From positions 80,831 to 144,830 of the forward strand of contig CAWDQD010000009.1 in NCBI GenBank assembly GCA_963804385.1: a stretch of DNA of 64,000 nt, given 5' to 3'. A program made the position numbers and the translations under genes. Each line of letters begins with the position of its first letter. The first letter of the stretch is position 1. The DNA is from an uncultured Candidatus Micrarchaeota archaeon. GTDB lineage: Archaea > Micrarchaeota > Micrarchaeia > Anstonellales > Bilamarchaeaceae. Positions 19,252 through 28,642 of this stretch are shown in pieces. The notes beneath the pieces are model-generated. The model was not told where the DNA came from, made no database searches, and saw only the letters and a list, made by a program, of their open reading frames with translations.

Positions 19252-20154
19252 TCACTTCAGGTATCGCGCCATTATCAGCGGGAACGCTATCGTGGCATCG
19301 GCATCCACGGTGACATGGTTCGCCTTCTCCTTTATCTTGCCCCACGAGATGCCCTCATTCGTCCTAGCGCCGCTAAGCGAGCCGTCCCATGGAGACGACG
19401 TAGTGACGTAGATAGCGTAATCGAAGCCGCCGCGCAGCAGGTTCACGCCTATCGCATGGTGCTTGGATATCCCGCCCCCTAGGATGATACCGCCTGTGCT
19501 ATCAGCGTTCAGGGAGATGCCGGCCAGTTCGTTCATATCCTTGGTGACATCGATGCAGAAATCCTTCTTCTTCTGCTTGAAGAAATAGGTCTGGAGCCCG
19601 ATCGCCGAATCCGTTATGCCCGGGCAAAAGACCGGTATCTTGTTCTTAGTGCACCAATGCAGGAACGAGTCCGGGCCCGTCTTTTTCCCGATCTCCCTCG
19701 CGATCTGAGAAGGCGAGACCAGGCAGTGGCCGCATGCAATCTTGGATTCATCGTACATTTTCGCGTACGTCTCCTGCATGAAGCCCTCGAGATATTCGTA
19801 GCATTTGTTAGGGACAAGGATGTTCCCGATGCGGTTGATCCCTTTTTTATGGAGCTCTTTGTCATCCATGAGGAAATCTCCCTGCAGGTAATCCATCTTG
19901 GATCTTATGAGGTCATGATCGAGGCTCCCCCCTGCGGTTATGATGCAATCGACGAACCTCCTCTTGCACATCTCCGTGACGAGCCCCCGCATGCCGGAAG
20001 CTATGAGGTTCGAAGTGAATGTCAGGAAAACCGTCGCCTTCTCCTTCTTCATCTTCCCCACTATCTCTATCGCTTTGCCTATGTTCGTGGCCTGGAAGCC
20101 GCATGACAGGTAGCCGTCAGCAGCGATGTCCGAGGGTCTGAGATCCTTGATCAT
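19252..20154 (-). CDS. dys: Deoxyhypusine synthase
   Basis: GFQA, TSNLIASGMR, GINRIGN, FCPGITDS, GGGISKH, DGSLSGA..EGISWGK. Confidence 0.95.
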   Translation of the reverse strand: MIKDLRPSDIAADGYLSCGFQATNIGKAIEIVGKMKKEKATVFLTFTSNLIASGMRGLVTEMCKRRFVDCIITAGGSLDHDLIRSKMDYLQGDFLMDDKELHKKGINRIGNILVPNKCYEYLEGFMQETYAKMYDESKIACGHCLVSPSQIAREIGKKTGPDSFLHWCTKNKIPVFCPGITDSAIGLQTYFFKQKKKDFCIDVTKDMNELAGISLNADSTGGIILGGGISKHHAIGVNLLRGGFDYAIYVTTSSPWDGSLSGARTNEGISWGKIKEKANHVTVDADATIAFPLIMARYLK

Positions 20155-20155
20155 A

Positions 20156-20908
20156 TCATATCCTCCTCGCGCTTCCGGCCAATGAATCGGCCAGGTCGCT
20201 CGCGCAGTAGTTGTACCCGAATCTTTTCATCAGCGAATTGCCGGCACGGCCGTTTATCCTGGCCCCCTCGAGCGCCGCGGTGAAAGCGTCGTTCTTGCAT
20301 GCGAGGGCGGCCACGAGGCCGGCGAGCACGTCCCCGGTCCCGCCTTTGGTCATGCCTTGGTTGTGCACGCGGTTGGTTTCGACCTTCGCTTTCTTGGGGT
20401 CTCTTCCATCCGCGATGATATCCACCTGCCCTTTCTTGAGTATGACGCAGCGGTGCTTCGAGGCCATCTCCTTGACATTTCGGGCAGTGCCTTCCATCCC
20501 GAAAAGCATGCGGAACTCCCCTTCATGCGGGGTGAGGATGCAATCTGGAGGGATCTCGTCCTTCATCCGTTGCAGCCCGTCTCCGTCTATCACGAGTTTC
20601 CAGCTCCCCGGTATGATATCTCCGGTCTCGAATGGCGCGTCCGAGAGCCCTATCCCGAAAAGGACCGCGTCCATCTGCGGAAGGAGCCCGAGGTCGGAAA
20701 CCACCATGGTCTCGGGAATGCGTTTCACGGCGCTTATGAGCTGCGGGTCATTCTCGCCCGGATAGAAATACGTGAGGTCGACGAAACGCCGAGCTGCTAG
20801 GAGGGAAAAAACCGGAGCTCCGTGGTAAGCCCTGCTTCCGCCTATGATGAGCAGCTTGCCATTTTGCCCCTTGTGCGAACCTTTTGGCGCGGTATACAAC
20901 TTCGGCAT
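20156..20908 (-). CDS. nnrD: ADP-dependent NAD(P)H-hydrate dehydratase (stand-alone YjeF C-terminal domain)
   Basis: SHKGQNGKLLIIGGS..YHGAP, LTPHEGEF, KGGTGDVLAG. Confidence 0.9.
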   Translation of the reverse strand: MPKLYTAPKGSHKGQNGKLLIIGGSRAYHGAPVFSLLAARRFVDLTYFYPGENDPQLISAVKRIPETMVVSDLGLLPQMDAVLFGIGLSDAPFETGDIIPGSWKLVIDGDGLQRMKDEIPPDCILTPHEGEFRMLFGMEGTARNVKEMASKHRCVILKKGQVDIIADGRDPKKAKVETNRVHNQGMTKGGTGDVLAGLVAALACKNDAFTAALEGARINGRAGNSLMKRFGYNYCASDLADSLAGSARRI

Positions 20909-20960
20909 CGGTTTACCCTCTCAAGGCAAAGTTAAAAATCATGCACAGGAAACTTGAAGT

Positions 20961-22520
20961 GTGCCCTCCATTGATGAAACCGATCCCGAATCCATCTGCC
21001 TGGGTGTTTCAGGCGGATCGGTCGTACGCATCCCGCTGCATTATCTCACTCGCCATTGCATAATCGCAGGATCCACCGGGAGCGGGAAGAGCAGGGCCAT
21101 GCAGCTCATGGCTGAGCAGCTGGCCGACCGCGGCATCAGCGTTTTCGTCTCCGATGTAAAAGGGGATGCCAGCGGCTTCTGCGTCCCTTGCGCAGAGACC
21201 GAAGTCCCGGACGAGCATCCGCAATGGCCGGATGAATTCGCTAACCGGAACGCGCTCGCCCCGTTCAAACCGCATGCATTGCGCGCATCGTACTGGAGCG
21301 TGGGCCCGCGGTTCTCTGCAATGCGGTTCTCGCTGCAGGATGCGGGGAGCATCCTGCTCTCTCGCCTGCTTTCGCTTAATCCGACCCAGGAGAGCCACCT
21401 CGTCCTAGCGTTTTCGTACGCCCGCAAGAGCGGACTCGCACTGGATGACATAACCCAGCTCCAGTTCGTGCTCGACGAGATGGTGCGCACCGGCCAGAGG
21501 GGCATCAGCCCACCTAGCGTATCTGTCATACAACGGAAGCTAGCGGCCATGGAGGACTCGGGCCTAGGCAGGATGTTCGGGAAGCCATCTCTCGATCTGT
21601 TCGATCTGTCAGGGCTCAATGTGCTCAATCTATCGGATGCGCGCAAAGATATGTCCGCATCTATCGCCCCCGCATTCATCTTGAACAAGCTCTTCAACGA
21701 GCTGCCAGAGGTCGGCGATTCCGGCCGACCGCGTTTCGCGATATTCTTCGACGAAGCCCATTACCTCTTCAAGGATTCGAACAAGTCCCTCAGAGACCTG
21801 ATGGTGACGATACTGAAGCAAATCCGATCGAAAGGCGTCGCCGTCTTCTTCATCACGCAGGACGCGACCGATCTGCCAGAGGAGATACTCAGCCAGCTTT
21901 CCACCAAAATCATATTCTCACAGAAGACGCTCACCGAGAAGAGCAATGCCCGGCTGCGCGCCCTCGCGAAATCATTCCCGAACGCGGGGCAGGATTTCGC
22001 CGAGACCTTGAAGTCCCTCCCTCCTGGGACCGCTATCATCTCCTCGCTCGACCGTGGGGGGAACCAGACAGCGCCAAAGGAAGTGAAGGTCTTCGCGCCG
22101 GCTTCCACCATGGAAGTCGTTCCGGACGATGTGCTCAGGAAATTCACGGACCCGAAGCTGATCGCGAAATACAACCAGGCGAGGCCGGCACCCGCGTCGA
22201 AGACTCCGTTGAAAGCCACTATCAAACCGGAACCTTCGCCTCCCAGAGAACTCAAGCATCCGGAGCAGAAAGAAATGGCCAGGAAATCCATCTGGGACGG
22301 CGTATTCAGCTTCCTATTGAAACTTCTTGATTTCCTGCTCAAGGCGCTTGCAAAAATAGCAAGAGCGCTCATCATCAAGCCGTCACAGAATCTCATCAAA
22401 TGGATGTTCAAGAAGCCGGTGCGGATATTCGGTTTCCTGCTTTTCATCGTCTTGGTCTATTTCATCTTCGTGAACTGGCCAATTATGGTCTCACTGCTGG
22501 AGAGATTGAAGCTGCACTAG
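20961..22520 (+). CDS. HerA/FtsK-superfamily ATPase (DUF853/YjgR-like) with a C-terminal TM segment
   Basis: RHCIIAGSTGSGKS, DVKGD.SG, FFDEAH, IRSKGV.VFFITQ; hydrophobic C-terminus. Confidence 0.85.
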   Translation: MPSIDETDPESICLGVSGGSVVRIPLHYLTRHCIIAGSTGSGKSRAMQLMAEQLADRGISVFVSDVKGDASGFCVPCAETEVPDEHPQWPDEFANRNALAPFKPHALRASYWSVGPRFSAMRFSLQDAGSILLSRLLSLNPTQESHLVLAFSYARKSGLALDDITQLQFVLDEMVRTGQRGISPPSVSVIQRKLAAMEDSGLGRMFGKPSLDLFDLSGLNVLNLSDARKDMSASIAPAFILNKLFNELPEVGDSGRPRFAIFFDEAHYLFKDSNKSLRDLMVTILKQIRSKGVAVFFITQDATDLPEEILSQLSTKIIFSQKTLTEKSNARLRALAKSFPNAGQDFAETLKSLPPGTAIISSLDRGGNQTAPKEVKVFAPASTMEVVPDDVLRKFTDPKLIAKYNQARPAPASKTPLKATIKPEPSPPRELKHPEQKEMARKSIWDGVFSFLLKLLDFLLKALAKIARALIIKPSQNLIKWMFKKPVRIFGFLLFIVLVYFIFVNWPIMVSLLERLKLH

Positions 22521-22555
22521 ATCCTTTTCATCCAGTATCGCCTTCATCAGCACGA

Positions 22556-23548
22556 TCAGAGGTGGATGTCCATCAGGTTAAATCTGAACAGATCGAACAA
22601 TCCATCGGCCTGAAACGTCTTTGCGTCCCTCAACAGGGCCGCTAATACCGCAGGCCTCATCCCGTGGCAGGAATCCGGAACCCTGCCTTCTCTGAGGGCT
22701 TGCATATCAGCATTCTCCAAGCCCTTGGTCATGACCCTGCCGCTATCGTCCAGGATGTCCCAGACGACATAAGTGACACCTAACGGCTCGAATACACCAA
22801 AGCATACGAAGCTCGTTTCTCGTAGCAATCCGCGGACCACCGGGCCTAAAACAGGAGATTCATTTTCGGAAACCCACATGTCCCGGCATTCTTCAAGCGT
22901 CACCCACTCCTTGCCCCAGGAGATTTTTTCCACCATGCCGGTATCCGGTTGCCTCCTGCCGGTGAAGGATTCCCAACCGCTTATCTCCATTCCTGGTATC
23001 CGTTCGTCGCCATGCTGGGCCGGAAGGATGGAACGTATAAAGATATCCTTGGATGGCATCACGTTTCCGCTATCCTCGCTCGAACCATGCGAGCGGTATT
23101 CCATGGCAAGGCCGGTCTGCGGCCTGGCGAGCGCCTCCGTCTTGAGCGAAAACCGCTCGATTTCAGACCACTTAAGGCGCAGGTTATTGTTCACGTCGTA
23201 GATATCAGTTCCTGGCTGGAACACGCGGTTTTTTCCGGCGTATGCATAAAGAGTGCTTGACCAGAACGGGCTCGCATCCTCCACTTCGAAAATCTGGCTT
23301 TTCGAGAGCGTGTCCCGGTATTTCCTGTTGCAGAGATGCAGGTCCAGCATCCGGTTGGGCGGAAGCCCACCCTTGCCAGTCATCGCGTCGCAGCCCTCAA
23401 GGAAAGGCAATTTCTTACCGGCAGGAACGATCCTCGGACGAAGCCAGACCTTATTGACTTTGCGCGGGCAAGGCATACCTTGGCAGCACGATTCCTTGAC
23501 GGCCGGAACGATCCAGGGCTGAGGCCGGGCCTCCGTGAAGATGCGCAT
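22556..23548 (-). CDS. Hypothetical protein (orphan)
   Basis: ORF of about 330 aa filling the gap; TTTATAAA about 25 bp above ATG 23548; no recognised motif. Confidence 0.55.
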   Translation of the reverse strand: MRIFTEARPQPWIVPAVKESCCQGMPCPRKVNKVWLRPRIVPAGKKLPFLEGCDAMTGKGGLPPNRMLDLHLCNRKYRDTLSKSQIFEVEDASPFWSSTLYAYAGKNRVFQPGTDIYDVNNNLRLKWSEIERFSLKTEALARPQTGLAMEYRSHGSSEDSGNVMPSKDIFIRSILPAQHGDERIPGMEISGWESFTGRRQPDTGMVEKISWGKEWVTLEECRDMWVSENESPVLGPVVRGLLRETSFVCFGVFEPLGVTYVVWDILDDSGRVMTKGLENADMQALREGRVPDSCHGMRPAVLAALLRDAKTFQADGLFDLFRFNLMDIHL

Positions 23549-23619
23549 ATCCAAAAACTATCCGGCAAAGAATTTATAAAATATCATAATACACTAGAAA
23601 CTTACACTACTATTTTGAC

Positions 23620-24429
23620 TTATTTGAGATATCTCCTTATCACGGCATTCAGCTTCTCCGCTTCCTTCAATGCCGCATCCACGTGGTTGCCGCCGCTCTT
23701 CTCATAAGCATAAGCGATCGAGGATGAGGCGTTTATCCTGTGGATAAGGGGGTTCGTGCCTATAGCTCTCATGACCATATCCAGGTCACCGCCTTGCGTC
23801 CCTACTCCGGGGATCAGGAACGGTACCTCGTTATCCGTGGCCTTGGCAATCCTCTTTATGGAGTCGCTAGTCGCTCCTACGACCAGGCCGCAGTTCCACT
23901 CCCTGGCTTTCGATGCGACGTGTTCGTATATGCATTTCTTGCCTGCCTTGAGCGCCTGGAAGTCCTCGGCCCCGGGGTTCGAGGTCCTGCCGAGCATATA
24001 CGCCAGCTTGCCTTCTCTTACGAAAGGCTTCACCGAATCCCCGCCCATATACGGGCTTATCGTGACCGCGTCCGCTTCCCAGAAATCATACGCCTCGCGG
24101 GCATACGCCTCGCTGCTCTTCCCTATGTCCCCACGCTTGGCGTCCAGGATGATCGGTACCTTGTCCTTGTAATGCTGGATGATGTCCTGGAGGACATAAA
24201 GCCCGTCGAAACCGTACTGGGCGAAATACGCATAGTTCGGCTTTATTGCCGAGACCGCGTTCTCTGCGAGCAGCCTCTCTATGATGGAGTGGAAGAACGG
24301 GGCGATCGTCTCCTCGGCAGTTTTACCCGCAGACACGCCGGGCAACTTGTCCATGACCGGGTCGACTCCGAAACAGAGTATCGTTTTCCTTTCCTGCGCG
24401 CTTCTTTCGAGCCATTCAGGTGCTATCAT
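23620..24429 (-). CDS. pyrF: Orotidine 5'-phosphate decarboxylase
   Basis: LCFGVDP, KPNYAYF, DAKRGDIG, TSNPGA, VVGAT, LIPGVGTQGG; start uncertain. Confidence 0.95.
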   Translation of the reverse strand: MIAPEWLERSAQERKTILCFGVDPVMDKLPGVSAGKTAEETIAPFFHSIIERLLAENAVSAIKPNYAYFAQYGFDGLYVLQDIIQHYKDKVPIILDAKRGDIGKSSEAYAREAYDFWEADAVTISPYMGGDSVKPFVREGKLAYMLGRTSNPGAEDFQALKAGKKCIYEHVASKAREWNCGLVVGATSDSIKRIAKATDNEVPFLIPGVGTQGGDLDMVMRAIGTNPLIHRINASSSIAYAYEKSGGNHVDAALKEAEKLNAVIRRYLK

Positions 24430-24545
24430 GGCATTAACCACCCTTTTTGCCTTTTTATGCGTTTGCAGCACCTTTACGTAATCCATATAAACCAGTTCGA
24501 GCAAAGAAACCATGCTTTTGGGCCTTCAGTGGCCCAAATATAGCT

Positions 24546-24677
24546 GGGGTTATGGCGTAATGCCAGTCATGGCACGCATCCCGGTAGCGCGGCAGTCTCC
24601 AGATCCCTCTTCCGCGAAAGCGGGAGAACTTGTGGCCGCGAAAACTGCATGTCGGAGTTCAAATCTCCGTGACCCCA
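24546..24677 (+). tRNA. tRNA-Trp(CCA) with two introns (D-loop 15/16 at 24561-24579; anticodon loop at about 24603-24642)
   Basis: Acceptor GGGGTTA/TGACCCC, D stem GCGT/GCGC, anticodon stem GCAGT/ACTGC with CT-CCA-G, T arm CGGAG-TTCAAAT-CTCCG; no encoded CCA end. Confidence 0.85.
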
Positions 24678-24740
24678 ATATTCGGCGGCTGAAGCCGCCT
24701 TAAATAATAGTCAATGGGTTTCCCATTGGAGATGATGATG

Positions 24741-25553
24741 ATGCGTTGGTATGTATTCGGTTTGTTATTGGTTGCAGTGCTGATATTCGGCTGCGTCAAT
24801 CCAACTCCGGTTTCGAACAGCACGATCAACAATACTGTCAGCAACATGAGCAATCCGCTTGTAGCGCAGTATGGGGACAATGTTTCGGTGGACTATACGC
24901 TCACTGTCGATGGCAAGGTTTTCGATACGGACAATGCGACGCTTGCCAACGAATCAGGAATCTATGATCCAATGCGCGACTACGGCCCGCTTAGCTTCTC
25001 ATTGGCATTGAATCACGGCGTACTGAACAGCTTCGTGACCGACATCGTTGGCATGAAGGTGGGAGATACGCGCAGCTTCAACATCACGCCGGACCAGGCC
25101 TACGGTCCGTACAACGAGAGCAAGCTCCTGGTCATCCCGCGCTTTTACAACAAGAGCCTTCTGGAAGACGTTCCGATGTCGTACTTCACCCAGCGCAACA
25201 TGACGGTGGAGCAAGGCACGAGCTTCAACACGAGCATCGGAACCGTGTCCATACAGAACATCAGCGGGGACAACGTCACCATCTTCTATTTCGTCCAGCC
25301 AGGGCAGACGTTCACGCTGAACGGTTTCCCAACCACCGTCACGAGCATCAACATGACGGATTTCATGGCCACCATGGAGTTCAACCTGACTGTCAACACG
25401 ACCTACAGCCCGACGGACCCGAATACCGGGCAGGCCACGGACTTCAAGGTCATCGACGAGACGGACTCCAACATAACCCTGGACTCCAACCCTCCGCTGG
25501 CTGGCAAGACCCTGGATTTCGTTGTGAAGCTGGTCGATCTCGAAAAGGGCTGA
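24741..25553 (+). CDS. Exported (lipoprotein-like) long-type FKBP peptidyl-prolyl isomerase, SlyD-like
   Basis: Signal with LIFGC lipobox; GD.V.VDY, G.VFDT, GMKVG, P.QAYG and LD.N.PLAGKTL.F motifs with an enlarged insert. Confidence 0.85.
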   Translation: MRWYVFGLLLVAVLIFGCVNPTPVSNSTINNTVSNMSNPLVAQYGDNVSVDYTLTVDGKVFDTDNATLANESGIYDPMRDYGPLSFSLALNHGVLNSFVTDIVGMKVGDTRSFNITPDQAYGPYNESKLLVIPRFYNKSLLEDVPMSYFTQRNMTVEQGTSFNTSIGTVSIQNISGDNVTIFYFVQPGQTFTLNGFPTTVTSINMTDFMATMEFNLTVNTTYSPTDPNTGQATDFKVIDETDSNITLDSNPPLAGKTLDFVVKLVDLEKG

Positions 25554-25650
25554 TCCCCTTATTATTTTTTCTTTCTTATCCCAGCCATTGGGAGGGTTAA
25601 AAAACATAGCTTTACATCCTTTAATCAGTTCCTTACTTGGGCGCATATGA

Positions 25651-27390
25651 ATGGTCGACCGAAAACCGAATCCCACTGACGCAAAGACCTACTACCAGAT
25701 GGGCAACGACTACTACGAGAAAGGCGACTATGACAAGGCCATAGAGAACTACAACATGGCCATCCTGCTCAACCCCGTGTTCTCAGAGGCCTACTTCAAC
25801 CGGGCACTCTCCTATTACCAGCTCAAGAACTTCGACAAATCCATCGCAGACTACACGAAATCCATGGAGCTGGACCCCCAGAACCCGATCATCTACAATA
25901 ACCGCGGCGACGCCTTCTACCGGAAGCAGGATTTCCAGAGCGCGATCAAGGATTATGACAAGGCGATCATGCTCAATCCGAACTACCTCAAGGCGTTCTA
26001 CAACCGGGGTCTGTCGTACGCTTCGGTCGAGGAGTACGAGAAGGCCGTGGAAGACTTCTCCAAGGTCATAAAGCTCAAGGCCGATTTCGCAGAAGCTTAC
26101 CACCTGCGCGGCTTGGCATACGAGTACGCGGGAAGCATGGCGAACGCGATCGCTGATTACGAAAAGGCGCTCCAGCTGAATCCCGAGCTGACCGAAGCCA
26201 AGACGCACCTAGAGAGCGCGAAGGCCAAGAAGGACCAGGAAGGCAAGGAGGGCGGGAAAGAAGGAGGCACGGCAGACATAAAGATGCTCACCAAACCCAC
26301 CATGACGTTCAACGACGTGGCGGGCATGACCAAGATGAAAGAGGAGATTCGCGAGGCCGTAGTATACCCGATGCGCAACCCTGAGCTCGCCCGCAAGTAC
26401 GGCAAGCTCGGTGGTGGAGGCATATTGATGTACGGGCCGCCCGGATGCGGAAAAACCTTCATCGTGAAAGCCGCTGCGGGCGAATGCAGCTCAGGTTTCA
26501 TAAACGCCAAGCTCTCGGACCTGCTCGATATGTATGTCGGCAATACCGAGAAAAACATCCACAAAGTGTTCGAGCTGGCCAGGAAGAACTCTCCGGTCAT
26601 ACTCTTCTTCGACGAAGTCGAGGCCATAGGCGGCCGCCGCGACCAGCAGGAGGGTCAGCAGTACATGAAGATGGCCGTCAACCAGATGCTCTACGAGATG
26701 GACGGCGTCGAGGCCAATAACCAGAACGTCCTCATCATCGCCGCCACCAACGCCCCATGGGACGTCGACCCGGCCTTGAGGAGGTCAGGCCGTTTCAGCA
26801 AGACCATCTACCTCCCGGCTCCTGATTACGCCTCGCGCGTCTCCATGCTCAAGATGTACGCCAAGAAGAGGCCCCTCGCCACATTGATCCCGTTCTCGCT
26901 GCTGGGTGTAGCCGTCACCGGTTACGCTTCGGCTGACATGAAATCGATAGTGGATGACGCGTCCACAATCCCCTGGAGGCAGGCCTTCATGGGCATAGAG
27001 AAACGCGTCGCAGAGCTCACAAAAGGCGGCATGGAGAAAGCCCAGGCCGAAGAGATAGCCAAGAAGCAGGTCTCGCAGAGGGCCGTCACGCTCGGGGATT
27101 TCGTCACTGCTGTGGGGAAGAAGCGCTCCTCGTTGCCCCCATGGTACGAGCAGGCCAAGAAGCAGATCGGAAAGCAGGAAGAGGTCACTATAATCGACGG
27201 GAAGGAGCACAAGAAGGTCACCGACAGCAAGATGGGTCCTGGCGAGAAGGAGGCGTTCAAGGACCTCCTGAGCACGATAAACAACCGCAACCAATGGTAC
27301 TACAAATCGTACCTGATGGTGACTAAGACAATCACGCTCATGCTACTGCGCATAATCGTGTTCGTAACCGAAGGCGGAAGGATCGCATAA
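25651..27390 (+). CDS. TPR-repeat AAA+ ATPase
   Basis: About five TPR repeats (AYFNR, YNNRG), then GPPGCGKT, FFDEVE, ATNAPWDVDPALRRSGRF; hydrophobic C-terminal helix. Confidence 0.9.
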   Translation: MVDRKPNPTDAKTYYQMGNDYYEKGDYDKAIENYNMAILLNPVFSEAYFNRALSYYQLKNFDKSIADYTKSMELDPQNPIIYNNRGDAFYRKQDFQSAIKDYDKAIMLNPNYLKAFYNRGLSYASVEEYEKAVEDFSKVIKLKADFAEAYHLRGLAYEYAGSMANAIADYEKALQLNPELTEAKTHLESAKAKKDQEGKEGGKEGGTADIKMLTKPTMTFNDVAGMTKMKEEIREAVVYPMRNPELARKYGKLGGGGILMYGPPGCGKTFIVKAAAGECSSGFINAKLSDLLDMYVGNTEKNIHKVFELARKNSPVILFFDEVEAIGGRRDQQEGQQYMKMAVNQMLYEMDGVEANNQNVLIIAATNAPWDVDPALRRSGRFSKTIYLPAPDYASRVSMLKMYAKKRPLATLIPFSLLGVAVTGYASADMKSIVDDASTIPWRQAFMGIEKRVAELTKGGMEKAQAEEIAKKQVSQRAVTLGDFVTAVGKKRSSLPPWYEQAKKQIGKQEEVTIIDGKEHKKVTDSKMGPGEKEAFKDLLSTINNRNQWYYKSYLMVTKTITLMLLRIIVFVTEGGRIA

Positions 27391-27429
27391 AGCTTCTGAT
27401 TTTAATCTTTCCCCGTGACCATCTGATTC

Positions 27430-28623
27430 ATGAGCATAGCTATCAGGAACGGCGCGGCCTTCATCCGGGGGAGATACCAGCACAAGGACATCCTGATAGA
27501 GGACGGGCTGATAGCCAAGATAGGCATGAACCTGAAGGGCGACGAGAACATCGACGCCTCGGGCATGGTGGTGCTCCCGGGCCTGATAGACCCTCATGTC
27601 CATCTGCGCGAGCCTGGCGACACGTACAAGGAGGATTTCAGGACCGGTTCCCGCGCTGCCATCGCAGGCGGCTTCACCACGGTCATCGACATGCCTAACA
27701 ATTCCATACCCACGATCACCAAGGAGCGACTTCTCGAGAAGCAAAAACTCGCGAAAGAGAAAGCGGTCTGCGATGTCATGTTCCATTTCGGGGGCACGGA
27801 CGACAATTTCGAAGAGGTGCGGAAGGCGGATCCCGGCTCGTTGAAGCTCTACCTAGGCATGACGACCGGCAATCTGGCCCTGAAGAACCCGGATTCCCTG
27901 GAGAAGCATTTCCGCTCGTTCCCATCCAAACGCCCGATCGTGCTCCATGCATGCGACCACTCGGAGGACGAGAAGGAGAACCTGGAGAAGACATACTCCA
28001 CGGTCAAGAATGCCGTCTCTCTCGCGAAGAAGGTCAGGCGCAGGATACATCTCGCCCACGCCTCGACGAAGAAAGAGGTGACGCTCTCCAAGGCGTACCA
28101 TGGCTGCACAGTCGAGGTCGCGCCCCACCATCTCTTCCTATCTACGGCCGACAATATCCATCTCCAGGAATTGTCCAAGGTCTACCCACCGCTCCGTACC
28201 GAGCAGAAACGCATCATGCTCTGGAGCGCGCTCGACCTGGTGGACTGCGTCGCGACCGACCATGCGCCGCACACCATCGAGGACAAGGAGAAAGGCGCCG
28301 CAGGATTCCCGGGCCTGGAGACCAGCCTAGCGCTGATGTTCGATGCCTGCAGCAAGGGCCTGCTGGACAAGATATGGGTGGCGCAGAGGATGAGCGAGAA
28401 CCCAGCGAAGATCTTCAACCTGGAAGGCAAGGGGAAGCTGATGCCCGGTTATGCCGGGGATGTCACGATCGTGGATCCAAAGAGATCATGGCTGGTCGAA
28501 GCGGTGGAATTCGAGACGAAATGCAAATGGAGCCCCTTCGAGGATAAGGAATTGAAGGGGAAAGTGAAGGCCGTAGTGAAGGGCGGGAAATTGGTGTATG
28601 ACGACTACCATTTCCTGCACTGA
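27430..28623 (+). CDS. pyrC: Dihydroorotase
   Basis: PGLIDPHVHLREPG, GGFTT..DMPN, PPLR, ATDHAPH, G.PGLET. Confidence 0.93.
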   Translation: MSIAIRNGAAFIRGRYQHKDILIEDGLIAKIGMNLKGDENIDASGMVVLPGLIDPHVHLREPGDTYKEDFRTGSRAAIAGGFTTVIDMPNNSIPTITKERLLEKQKLAKEKAVCDVMFHFGGTDDNFEEVRKADPGSLKLYLGMTTGNLALKNPDSLEKHFRSFPSKRPIVLHACDHSEDEKENLEKTYSTVKNAVSLAKKVRRRIHLAHASTKKEVTLSKAYHGCTVEVAPHHLFLSTADNIHLQELSKVYPPLRTEQKRIMLWSALDLVDCVATDHAPHTIEDKEKGAAGFPGLETSLALMFDACSKGLLDKIWVAQRMSENPAKIFNLEGKGKLMPGYAGDVTIVDPKRSWLVEAVEFETKCKWSPFEDKELKGKVKAVVKGGKLVYDDYHFLH

Positions 28624-28642
28624 ATGTTGAAAAGAAAAAAAA

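Noticed and set aside
24512-24703. 63-aa plus-strand ORF
   Set aside because: It coincides with the intron-containing tRNA-Trp.
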